Part shown: piece after piece, positions 17,801 to 29,418 of the stretch | Numbering within the stretch: the first letter of the stretch is position 1 | How the letters are laid out: each line of letters begins with the position of its first letter | Source: the human T2T-CHM13v2.0 reference genome, Homo sapiens | Assembly (NCBI RefSeq): GCF_009914755.1 | Contig: NC_060927.1 | Length of the DNA: 64,000 nucleotides | Reading direction: 5' to 3' (one strand) | Translations under genes and position numbers: made by a program | Notes under the pieces: model-generated | The model's database searches: none | What the model saw: the letters and a program-made list of their open reading frames with translations, nothing else | Told to the model about the DNA's origin: nothing

Positions 17801-18815
17801 CTTCATTTTGGTATGTGATCCAGTAGAGCACATCCCCCCAACTATTTTCTCTCCTTGGATCCTGAATCCAGGCACCCATTTCAATGTGCCGCCCATGACT
17901 GCAGGCATGACCCTCCAAAGCATGACACCAGAGGAACTAAACTTTTGGGCCATAGTCATGCTGTCCCCAAGGAGCCTTAGTCCTCTTCCTTTTATTTCCC
18001 TTTGACCTCCTAGACTTGTGTGACCTGTGTGCTTTCCAAAAAAAAAAAAAAAAAAAAATGGATTTCAAGAAAAATCACGTAATTGGGCAAGGCCCGTTTA
18101 AGGGAGGGGGTGTGCTGGATTGAACTCTAAATCCTGCTGTTATAGCCCATGCTAAAGCATTTACCCATAGAAGAATCGTTCCAGTTAACTTTCAGACTTA
18201 AAATCCCCTTATTAATTTAAGTACTGTCTTAATAGGGGACAGAATAGGTGCCTTAAGGGAATGTAGGAACCAAATGGCCATTTTCCTGTGAGGGGGACAA
18301 TATCAAGACTAACATTTGGCTACAGAAGACATCTTAATCCTCTCTGCTAAAGGCAGAACCATCCCCTTCCCATAAGAGGCCCAGAGCCTGATGTCTAACA
18401 GTGTAAAAGGAAGCTGCGGTGTTACCATGAAAAAAGAGGAACAAAGTGTGCCTCATGTAGAGGATTTTTATTTCCGCTAGGTGGCTTAGAAATACCATGT
18501 GCTCACCAGAGAAACTGTAGAGAGAGATGTTTATTGAGTTACTGCCTGATGTGATTTGTGATCTTTTCTAACAGACCTGTTTCCTTGAACTGTAAAGATT
18601 CCTGCACATTAGACACGCAGAGACAGGGTTAAGAGACTGTAGATAGAAAGAGAAAGAAAGTTTGGCAACAGGATAGCTGGAAGAGTGCCCTAAAATTAAA
18701 GATCAGATTTAAAGTTGAGATCCACTCCATACTCACCAGTCTGATGAATGAATTTCCTTTCCCAGCCAATGTGCCAAAATGATACGGCTCTGATGAGTGG
18801 AAGAACACCAGGGTA
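14809..18815 (-). mobile_element. Deleted ERV1 provirus (MER61-like LTRs)
   Basis: 3' LTR 14809-14988 is internally shortened. The 5' LTR remnant 18780-18815 repeats TGATAYGGCTCTGATGAGT..GAACACCAGGGT. tRNA-Gly-type PBS at 18759-18776, splice donor (minus, G|GTGAGT) near 18735, and a purine tract next to 14989. Confidence 0.75.
16248..16650 (+). mobile_element. LTR8-like fragment inside the MER61-like provirus, opposite orientation
   Basis: GACAGTGAAAGAGATC...CCTCCAAGCTGTCCTTG...GGCTGAACCAACTTTGGGAG...CCTGGGGACCAGACC. Similar to 58380-58720. Confidence 0.65.
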
Positions 18816-20820
18816 CTTCTTTCTGTCTCCTTCTTTACTGACTTGTCTTTCTCGCATTTACCATCTATGATGTGATTATTCTGTGACTAATTTTTTTCTC
18901 CTTGTTTTATTTCACCTAGGCAAATTTCCATTTCCACATTTCCTATGCCTTTTTTCCTTTCACTTGTCAATCTTTACTTTTGATAACTTTTTCTTAAATA
19001 TTGTACTGGAGAAAAAAACATTAGTTTATGAGCAGCAGACAAATGCCAATTATTCTCCACATGTCGTAGAGTACTGTACCTCATCCCCTCACTGCTGGGC
19101 TACTTGTTTCCCCTTCACTTTGTATTGCTGACTTTTATTCTATTACATAAGGGAAACTCCTCTCACTAAGGCCACTAAAAATTACTTCATTTGTATACAC
19201 AGCGAATTCCCTGCACTCCTTGTCCTCTAGGGCATTTATTTTGTCATTTTTCCCTGTGCTTCACTTGGTCACACTGATCTTACCTCTCTTTATGTCCATC
19301 CACAACACTCAGCTTTCTAGTTCTCTCCTGCTTCTTCCCTTGATCACTCTGTTCAGTACCCTTTTCTACTATCTCTTTTGTTACACTTTTGAACATCTAG
19401 GGCTTTGGGTTGCAATGTAAAATGTTATTGAATGGATATTGATTCCAGTATAGAAATGGTAGGGAAGGTGGAGAAATCAGCTAGAAAATAATGGCAGGAA
19501 CACAAGGAAGTAAAGCAGCCAGCCAGCAGCCCAAATCCTTTCCCAACAGGAACTTCATGAGTGGCTGTTTCCGCTGCTGTACTTCCAATGACACAGCTCA
19601 TACTTTCAATGGCATTGTTGTAGATACAGGATGCACATGCTGGGATCTTAATGTTTTTGCCTCAACTGCATTTGCACTATTTTTTTTGTTGTCCATGTAC
19701 ATTTGTCTCTATCTCTCTATATCCAACTGTATGTAGTGTGGCTTTGATTAAACAAATCTAGGTGAAATTCTTTGTCTGCCACCAAAACGCATGTGGTAGA
19801 AAGGGGTTCCAGGTGTTGGCAATTTAATAAATGGCCTCCATTGCCTTCATAAACTTTTAATATGCTTCTTAAAATGTTTTGCATTTCAACTTTTATTTTA
19901 GATATAAAGAGTACACAGGCTGCTTTTGAAACCAAAACCTTTCTCTTTCTCTCCATATTCCGAATGTAGGATCAGCGTGTTTCATTGGCCATCCTAGATC
20001 AGGTCCCTTCACTATACAAACAAGAAGAATGGAAAAATGAGTTCTAGTTCTTTTGGCTTCTAGAGCAGTAGGTAACCTCTGACAGCCACCAAGACTTGGA
20101 TAGCAAAAAAGATCACATCTTGGCCATTCCTAGGACATATGTCCACTTTGTTATCTCTTTAACATAACTTGCTCCAGTTGATTTTCTTGCCACTCTTTTT
20201 GTTTCTTTGTTACTCTCCAGTGGATACATCATTAACTACACCTTTGACTACCACAAAGATTCCAAGTAATTATTTCTATTAAGCTCTAACAGACTCATAT
20301 TACTGATTGGATCTCACCTAGTTGGCTGCAGGATGCTTACTCCAAGAACTTGCCAGCACATCTGAGTTCCCATCCTCAATATTTAATGACCTATTACCCA
20401 GTCACCAAGTGACTTTTGTCTCGTTTATTACCACTTCTTTCCCACCAAATATGTCACAGAATACTAGAGAATCTACATTCTAGATTCTTTGGAATCTTTT
20501 TCTTTGTCTTACCATCTTTTCCAATGTAATATCACACCTGGACAAGACACCTAGCACTCATTTGAATCACCTTGAGGGTATTTTTTAAATGCAGATTTCT
20601 AGAACTCATTTCTGAAATAATCAATTTCTACATTAAATTCTCACAATCTATATTTTTCATAAAACACACTCCCAGATCATTTTTATATGTGATCTGATTG
20701 GGATCACTGGGATCTTAGTAACAAGTTTCTAATTAGTACCCCTTAGTCCAATTTCCCCATCCCACAGCATATTTTCTACACTATCAAAAAATTTAAAAAA
20801 TATATTATGATGGCATTTCC

Positions 20821-21197
20821 TGTCAGGCCTCTCAGCCCAAGCCTGCACATATTCATCCAGATGGCCTGAAGCAAGTGAAGAATGACAAATGAAGTGAAAA
20901 TGGCCAGTTCCTGCCTTAACTGATGACATTACCTTGTGAAATTCCTTCTCATGGCTCATCCTGGCTCAAAAGCTCCCCCACTGAGCACCTTGTGACCCCC
21001 ACCCCTGCCAGACAGAGAACAACCCCCTTTGACTGTAATTTTCCACTACCTACCCAAATCCTACAAAACAGCCCCATCCCTATCTCCCTTTGCTAACTCT
21101 CTTTTCCGACTCAGCCCGCCTGTACCCAGGTGATTAAAAAGCTTTATTGCTCACACAAAGCCTCTTTGGTGGTCTCTTCACACAGACCCATGTGAAA
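20821..21197 (+). promoter_or_regulatory. HERV-H 5' LTR (LTR7 family, LTR7B/C-like)
   Basis: TGTCAGGCCTCT...TGAAA, 377 bp. The TATA box is mutated to TACAAAA at 21062-21068. Confidence 0.9.
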
Positions 21198-21199
21198 TT

Positions 21200-21217
21200 T
21201 GGTGCCGTGACTCAGAT
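21200..21217 (+). other. Primer-binding site, tRNA-His
   Basis: TGGTGCCGTGACTCAGAT, one mismatch to the complement of the tRNA-His 3' end (TGGTGCCGTGACTCGGAT). Confidence 0.9.
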
Positions 21218-21659
21218 CGGGGGACCTCCCTTGGGAGATCAATCCCTGGTCCTCCTGCTCTTTGCTACATGAGAAAGATCCACCTACGACCTCTGGTCCT
21301 CAGACCAACCAGTCCAAGGAATATCTCACCAATTTTAAATTGGGTAAGTGGCCTCTTTTTACTCTCTTCTCCAACCTCTCTCACTATCCCTCAATCTCTT
21401 TCTCCTTTCAATCTTGGCACCATCCTTCAATCTCTCCCTTCTCTTAATTTCAGTTCCCTTCCTTTTCTGGTAGAGACACAGGAGACACGTTTTATCCGTG
21501 AACCCAAAACTCCGGCACCAGTCACAGACTTGGGAAGACAGTCTTCCCTTGGTGTTTAACCACTGTGAGGATGCCTGCTTGATTATTCACCCACGTTTCA
21601 GAGGTGTCTGATCATGGCCAGGATGCCTGCCTTGATCCTTCACCCTTAGTGTCAAGCAC

Positions 21660-21920
21660 CACTTTCTTTGGGGGCAAGCACCACCCACCCCTTCTCTCTG
21701 TGTCTCTATCCTCTCTTTTCTCTCCATTTTCTTGGGGGACAAGCACACCCCACCCCTTCTCTCTGTGTCTCTACCCTGTCTTTTCTCTCCACTTTCCTGG
21801 GGGGGCAAGCACCCCCCACCTCTTCTCTCCATGTCTTTACCCTCTCTTTTCTCTCCACTTTCCTGGGGGCAAGCACCCCCCCTACCCCTTCTCCCTATGT
21901 CTCTACCCTCTCTTTTCTCT
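21660..21920 (+). repeat. Four ~65-bp tandem repeats in the HERV-H leader
   Basis: Units start at 21660, 21725, 21790 and 21856: CACTTTCYTGGGGGCAAGCACCCC..CCCCTTCTCT..GTCTCTACCCTCTCTTTTCTCT. Confidence 0.9.
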
Positions 21921-22029
21921 GGGCTTGCCTCTTTCACTATAGGTAACCTTACACCCTCAATTCCTCCTTCTCCCTTAGCCTGTGTTCTCAAGAACTTAAA
22001 ACCTCTTCAACTCACACCTGATCTAAAAC

Positions 22030-23131
22030 CTAAATGCCTTATTTTCTTCTGCAATACCGCTTAACCCCCATACAAACTTGACAATGGTTCCGAATAGCCA
22101 GAAAATGGCACTTTCGACTTTTCCATCCTACATGATCTAGATAATTCTTGTCATAAAGGGCAAATGGTCTGAAGTGCCTGATGTCCAGGCATTCTTTTAC
22201 ACATCGGTCCCTCCCTAGTCTCTGTTCCCAATGCAACTCATCCCAAATCCTCCTTCTTTCCCTCCCGCCTGTCCCCTCAGTCCCAACCCCAAGCATCACT
22301 GAGTCTTTTCAATCCTCCTTTTCTACCAACCCATCTGACCTCTCCCCTCATCCCCAGACTGCTCCTCAGTTCACTCCCTGTGAGGCTGAATCAGGCTCCA
22401 ATTCTTCCTAAGCTTCTGCTCCTCCACCCTGTAATCCTTCTATCACCTCCTCTCCCCATACCCAGTCCAGCTTACAGTTTCATTCCATGACTAGCCCTCC
22501 CCCACCTGCCCAACAATTTCCTCTTAAAGAGGTGGCTGGAGCTAAAGGCATAGTTAAGGTTAATGCTCCTTTTTCTTTATCCAACCTCTCCCAAATCAGT
22601 TAGCGTTTAGGCTCTTTTTCATCAAATATGAAAACCCAGCCCAGTTCATGGCTTGTTTGGCAGCAACCCTGAGACACTTTACAGCCCTAGACCCTGAAAG
22701 GTCAGAAGGCCATCTTATTCTCAATATACATTTTATTTTATTACACAATCCACTCCTGACATTAAATAAAACTCCAAAAATTAAATTCCAGCCCTCAAAC
22801 CCCATGATAGGACTTAATTAACCTCACCTTCAAGTTGTACAATAATAGAGTAGAGGCAGCCAAGTAGCAACGTATTTCTGAGTTGCAATTCCTTGCCTCT
22901 ACTGTGAGAGAAACCCCAGCCAGAACTCCAGCACTCAAGAACTTCAAAACACTTAAGCCACAGCAGTCAGGCATTCCTTTAGGACCTCCTCTCCCAGGAT
23001 CTTACTTCAAGTGCTGGAAATCTGGCCACTGGGCCAAGGAATGCCCGCAGCATGGGATTCCTCCTAAGCCGTGTCCCATCTGTGTGGGACCCCAGTGGAA
23101 ATTGGACTGTCCAACTAGCCCAAGGCTCTGA
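22030..23131 (+). pseudogene. HERV-H gag remnant; start approximate
   Basis: Two degenerate nucleocapsid zinc knuckles, [14 protein letters not shown] and [13 protein letters not shown]. Confidence 0.8.
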
Positions 23132-23215
23132 CTGACTCCTTCTCGGATCTTCTCAGCTTAGCAGCTGAAGACTGAGGCTGCCCGAACACCTCAGAAGCCT
23201 CCTGGACCATCACAG

Positions 23216-25965
23216 ATGCTTACAGTGGAGGGTAAGTCCATCCCCTTCTTAATTAATATGAAGCCTACCCAATCCACATTACCTTCTTTTCAACAGCCTG
23301 TTTCCCTTGCCCCCATAACTGTTGTGGGTATTGACGGCCAGGCTTCTAAACCTCTTAAAACTCCCCAAATCCAACATTCTTTTATGTACTCCTTTTTAGT
23401 TATCCTCACCTGCCCAGCTCCCTTATTAGGTCGAGACATTTTAACTAAATTATTTACTTCCCTGACTATTCCTAGGCTACAGCCACACCTCATTGCCACC
23501 TTTTTCCCCAGTTCAAAGCCTCCTTCTCATCCTCCCCTTGTATCTTTCCACCTTAATCCACAGGTATAGTACACCTCTACTCCCTCCTTGTCAACCAATC
23601 ATATGCCCATTACTATCCCATTAAAACCTAATCACCCTTACCCCACTCAATGCCAATATCCCATCCCACAGCATACTTTAATAGGATTAAAGCCTGTTAT
23701 CACTCGCCTGCTACAGCATGGGCTTCTAAAACCTATAAACTTTCCTTAAATTCCTGCATTTTACCTGTCCAAAACCGGACAAGTCTTACAGGTTAGTTCA
23801 GGATCTGTGCCTTATCAACCAAATTATTTTGCTATCAACTCTATAGTGCCCAACCCATACACTCTTTTGTCCTCAATGCCTTCCTTCACAACTCATTATT
23901 CTATTCTGATCTTAAAGAGGCTTTTTTCACTATTCCCCTGCACCCCTCATTCCAGCCTCTCTTTGCTTTTACCTGGACTGATCCTGACACCTATCAGCCT
24001 CTGCAGGTTACATGGGCTGTACTGCCACAAGGCTTCAGGGACAGCCCTTATTAATTCAGCCAAGCTCTTTCTCATGATTTGCTTTCTTTCCACCCCTCCG
24101 CTTCTCACCTTATTCAATATATTGATGACCTTCTACTTTATAGCCCCTCCTTTGAATCTTCTCAACAAGACACCCTCCTGCTCCTTCAACATTTATTTTA
24201 CAAAGGAGATGGGTATCCCCCTCCAAAGCTCAAATTTCTTCTCCATCTGTTACCTACCTTGGCATAATTCTTTACAAAAACACACATGCTCTCCCTGCCA
24301 ATTGCGTCTGACTGATCCCTCGAACCCTGACCCCTTTTACAAAACAACAACTCCTTTCCTTCCTGGGCATAGTTGGATACTTTTGCCTTTGGATACCTGG
24401 TTTTGCCATCCTAACAAAACCGTTATATATCACAAAAGGAAACCTAGCTGACCCCACAGATCCTAAATCCTTTCCCTACTCCTCTTTCCATTCCTTGAAG
24501 ACAGCTTTAGAGGCTGCCCCCACTCTAGCTCTCCCTGACTCATCCCAACCGTTTTCATTACACACAGCCAAAATGCAGGGCTGTGCAGTTGGAATTCTTA
24601 CACAAGGTCTGGGACCATGCCCTGTAGCCTTTCTGTCAAAACAACTTGACCTTACTGTTTGTTTTAGGCTGGCCATCATGTCTCCGTGCAGTGGTTGCTG
24701 CCACCCTAATACTTTTAGAGGCCCTCAAAATCATAAACTATGCTCAACTCACTCTACAGTTCTCATAACTTCCAAAATCTATTTTCTTCCTCACACCTGA
24801 CGCATATACTTTCTGCTCCCCAGCTCCTTCAGTTATACTCACTCTTTGTTGAGTCTCCCAACAATTATGATTGTTCCTTCAATCCAGCCTCCCACATTAT
24901 TCTGGACACCACACCTGACCCCCATGACTGTTTCTTCTCTGATCAACCTGACATTCACCCCATTTCCCCATATTTCCTTCTTTCCTGTTTCTCACTTCCT
25001 TCCCCGTATTTCCTTCTTTCTTGTTTCTCACTTTTCCTGTTTCTCACCCTGATCACACTTGTTTATTGATGGCAGTTCCACCAGGCCTAATCGTCACTCA
25101 CCAGCAAAGGCAGGCTATGCTATGGTATCTTCCACATCTATCATTGAGGCTACCACTCTGCCCTCTTCCACTACCTCTCAGCAAGCCGAACTCATTGCCT
25201 TAACTCGAGCTCTCACTCTTGCAAAGGAAATACATGTCAATATTTATACTGACTGTAACTATGCCTTTCATATCCTGCATCACCACGCTGTTGTATGGGC
25301 AGAAAGAGGTTGCCTCACTACACAACGGTCCTCCATCATTAATGCCTCTTTGATAAAAACTCTTCTCAAGGCTGCTTTACTTCCAAAGGAAGCTGGAGTC
25401 ATTCACTACAAAGGCTATCAAAGGCATCAGATCCCATTGCTCTAGGCAACGCTTATGCTGATAAGGTAGCTAAAGAAGCAGCTAGCGTTCCAACTTCTGT
25501 CCCTCACTGCCAGTTTTTCTCCTTCTCACCGGCCACTCCCACTTACTCCCCCACTGAAACTTCCACCTATCAATCTCTTCCCACACAAGGCAAATGGTTC
25601 TTAGACCAAGGAAAATATCTCCTTCCAGCCTCACAGGTCCATTCTATTCTGTCATCATTTCATAACCTCTTCCATGTAGGTTACAAGCCACTAGCCCGTC
25701 TCATAGAACCTCTCATTTCCTTTCCATCATGGAAATCTGTCCTCAAGGAAATCACTTCTCAGTGTTCCATCTGCTATTCTACTACTCCTCAGGGATTGTT
25801 CAGGCCCCCTCCCTCCCCTACACATCAAGATGGGGGATTTGCCCCTGCCCAGGACTGGCAAATTGACTTTACTCACGTGCCCCGAGTCAAGAAACTAAAA
25901 TAACTCTTGATCTGGGTAGAAACTTTCACTGGATGGGTAGAGGCCTTTCCCACAGTGTCTGAGGG
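23216..25965 (+). pseudogene. HERV-H pro-pol remnant (protease, RT, RNase H, partial integrase)
   Basis: Protease LTVEGK...LLGRDIL with the active site lost, RT LIQYIDDLLL, RNase H FIDGSS...QQAELIAL...NIYTD, and integrase WQIDFTH near 25856. Many frameshifts. Confidence 0.88.
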
Positions 25966-26148
25966 ACACCCCTTACCACAAAATCTTCCTTCAGCTTAAT
26001 CTCTCCCACTCTAAGTTCCCATGCCTCCCCTAATCCCACTTGAAGCAGCCCTGAGAAATACCGCCCATTATTTCTCCAAAATTTTTGCTGCCCCAACACT
26101 TCAACACTATTTTGTTTTATTTTTCTTATTAATATAAGAAGACAGCAA

Positions 26149-26526
26149 TGTCAGACCTCTGAACCCAAGCATGCACGTATTCATCCAGATTGCCTGAAGT
26201 AACTGAAGAATGACAAAAGAAGTGAAAATGGCCAGTTCCTGCCTTAATTGATGACATCACCTTGTGAAATTCCTTTTCCTGGCTCATCCTGGCTCAAAAG
26301 CTCCCCCACTGAGCACCTTATGACCCCCACCCCTGCCAGCCAGAGAACAACCTCCTTTGACTGTAATTTTCCACTACCTACCCAAATCCTATAAAACAGC
26401 CCCACCCCTATCTCCCTTCACTGGCTTTCTTTTCGGACTCAGCTTGCCTGCACCCAGGTGAAATAAACAGCTTTATTGCTCACACAAAGCCTGTTTGGTG
26501 AACTCTTCACACACAAGTGCATGAAA
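26149..26526 (+). promoter_or_regulatory. HERV-H 3' LTR (LTR7 family)
   Basis: Direct repeat of 20821-21197, ~10% diverged by hand count. Intact TATAAAA at 26390-26396 and AATAAA at 26462-26467. Confidence 0.9.
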
Positions 26527-26943
26527 TTTCCCATCTGAAAGTATTTGGTGCATTCTTATATTATGAAATATAAAGTTTAAGAATCTTCACATGGCATTTA
26601 TTGCATTGATTTTTATCCAGATCTTTCAAAAACCTGTTCCCCAGGAACTCCATTCATATACTAGACACAGGATTATTCTACCACATAAGAGTGTGCACAT
26701 AAATTTAGTATACCAGAGAATGCATATTACTACCCAATTTTTAAACCAAAATATATATATTTTTTCATTTATTTAACACCTTAAATATAGGATTTCTTTT
26801 TTATGGTAATGGTAAAAAACTAAGAGGTCTCTTATAATCGCACTGTTTATTTCAACACGTCTTCCACAGATTCAACTCATAATGCCATTGCAAATTTGCC
26901 TTTCATTTGTTGCATTTTATTTTAGAGGACATGCAGTGAGGAC

Positions 26944-27871
26944 ATGGAAGAGAAAAATGCAACATTGCTGACAGAGTTTGTTCTCACATTATTTTTATAT
27001 CAACCTCACTGGAAAATACCCCTGTTCCTGGCATTCTTGGTAATATATCTCATCACCATCTTTGGGAATCTTGGTCTGATTGCTGTCGTATGGAAAGACC
27101 CTCACCTTCATATCCCAATATACTTATTCCTTGAGAATTTAGCTTTTGTGGATGATTTGTTATCATCCACATGACTCTGAAGATGCTGATCAACTTCTTC
27201 ACTAAGAGTAAGTTGATTTCTCTCTGAATGCTGGATACATTTTTTTTCCTTTGCAATTGGTGTAACCACAGAATGTTTTATCTTGGCAACAATGGCATAT
27301 GATCGCTATGTAGCCATATGCAAACCTTTACTTTATCCAGTCATTATGACCAATGGACTGTGCATCTGGCTATTAATCTTGTCATTTCTAGGTGGCCTTC
27401 TTCATGCTTTAATTCATGAAGGTTTTTTATAGATTAACCTTCTGTAATTCCAACACAATACATCACTTTTAATGTGACATTATCCCATTGTTAAAAATTT
27501 TCTGTACTGATTCTTCTATTAACTTTCCAATGGTTTTTATTTTCTCATGTTCAATTCAAGTTTTCACCATTGGGACTGTTCTTGTATCTTATACATTTGT
27601 CCTCTCTACAATCTTGAAAAAGAAGTCTGTCAAAGGCATAAGAAAAGACTTCTCCACCTGTGGAGCTCATATCTTACCTGTATCTTTATACTATGGGCCC
27701 CTCGCCTTCATGTATGTGGGCTCTGCATCCCAACGGGCTGATGACCAAGATATGATGGAGTCTCTATTTTACACTGTCATAGTTCCTTTATTAAATCCCA
27801 TGATCTACAGCCTGAGAAATAAGCAAGTAATAGATTCATTCACAAAAATGTTCAAAGGAAATAATGTTTAG
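26944..27871 (+). pseudogene. OR5H5P: Olfactory receptor OR5H-subfamily pseudogene
   Basis: [37 protein letters not shown] and [13 protein letters not shown]. Three small deletions (1, 2 and 2 bp near 27171, 27222, 27432) plus TAC>TAA near 27470. The symbol is inferred from remembered cluster order and is less certain than the family call. Confidence 0.9.
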
Positions 27872-29159
27872 ATCTCTTACTCATCTCTCTTTTCTACTTA
27901 CTAAAATAGTCACAAAATTGTGCAAATTAGAGGTACCTATGTTTTTGCCAGCATTAAAAGATTTTGCAATTATAACAGTACTAGCACTTTAATGACCTAT
28001 GATGTTAGTACCTATTTAACTAATTAAAATATTCCTATGTTATTCAAAAGCATTTGAGAAATTTTAGTCATCTTCATAATAGAATAATGATGGCAGAAAG
28101 CAAATAAAAGTATTGTAGAGTATGGTATGTTAATCAATGTGTCTTATAAGTGCATTAAATGCAAAATAGTCTAGTTTATCCGATAAGCACTTAAGTATGA
28201 TGTTTTTGATACTAACACAACTCTATCACCCAAGACGTCTATCACATTTATCTTCATAGTGAAGATAGACTTGTGTTTAGGGGAAGACAGGTAGATCCCA
28301 GAATTCTACTAGCCATCAAGAGGTCTTTCAGTCCACTTACTGCAAAAAAGTGAATTTCACTTTTTGTAGGAAGTCAACTCATATATCAAATAAAGTAACA
28401 GAAATGGAAATGCAATGAGGACAACATGAGAAGGGTTTAACAGTGAAGGCACTGCCAATGTGCAAGAGGGCAGGAGAGTGCTGTTAACTCTGTGGGCTTG
28501 TATGAGTAAGAAGAAGCACGCAGCCTCTAACTTCCTAAGATGGCTTCTAAGGCACTTTCCAGCTGTGATTGTGTTTTCGGACAATCTGAAAAGTGTCCCT
28601 AAATCAGATAATTAAACGAATAAATAGAACTTAGATTGAAGTAGGCATAGAAAAGAAAAGACAAATGGCATAGCAGAAAGAAAATCCTCTTAATCTTCCG
28701 AGAAAAAAAATATTAAGCTACTATGATTTTAAAAACCAATGGTTACAAGGTTATTGGAATGTGTTCTTGACAACCAGGGGCTTTAAATGTGTATCACCAA
28801 AGTTCATTCACATCATAGTGTCCAGTGATTGGGAAGAAAACATGAAAATGAGGAAGAGTTCGGATATTTTCTGCTTCAAAAAGTCCTTGTTAGCCTTCTT
28901 CTCACTTCATACTCTTGAAGTATATGAGTCATCCATCTGCCATTCCACTCTGCCCTTTATCTTTCAACACTGAAATTCCTTTTACCTTGTCACTGGTACC
29001 AAGGCCCTTACCAAAATTACTCACATGTTATTTTGCAAACCTCTAGTTATTTTCTCCATCTTTCTAGCACTGATTTATTCCCCCATTTTGCTGTCAGATT
29101 GTTTTTTCAATTCCTTCAATTTCTTTTGTTGGATCATCATTGCTACCTGATTGTGCCTA

Positions 29160-29216
29160 TATGTGTGTATATATACGTGTGTGTGTGTATATATATACAT
29201 ATATATGTGTGTGTGT
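29160..29216. repeat. Mixed (TG)n/(TA)n simple repeat
   Basis: Read directly. Confidence 0.8.
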
Positions 29217-29418
29217 TTTAAGTGTCAATATCTATGTTTACATATGCTTATGTATACATGACAGGAGGGGAAGGCTTTTGCTGATTTAAAGTGAAAGTAA
29301 GGCAAAAATAAACTTTTTGCTTAAAGTGGAGCAGTAGCATTATTTGGATTATTCCAGTAGAAAGTTCCTACTTAGAGGTGAGTTGAGGGTTTCTAATTGG
29401 TTAAAGTAAACTTTTGTT

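Larger units (their letters stand above)
20821..26526 (+). mobile_element. HERV-H provirus, 5.7-kb deleted type (env almost absent)
   Basis: Two LTRs, tRNA-His PBS, gag/pro/pol remnants, purine tract 26136-26148, and 5-bp TSD TTTCC (20816-20820 and 26527-26531). Confidence 0.95.

Noticed and set aside
21660-21920. Regular repeats resembling a CRISPR array, with repetitive ORFs in several frames
   Set aside because: The units are head-to-tail with no unique spacers, lie in the HERV-H leader, and there are no cas genes. The ORFs are artefacts of stop-poor C/T-rich sequence.
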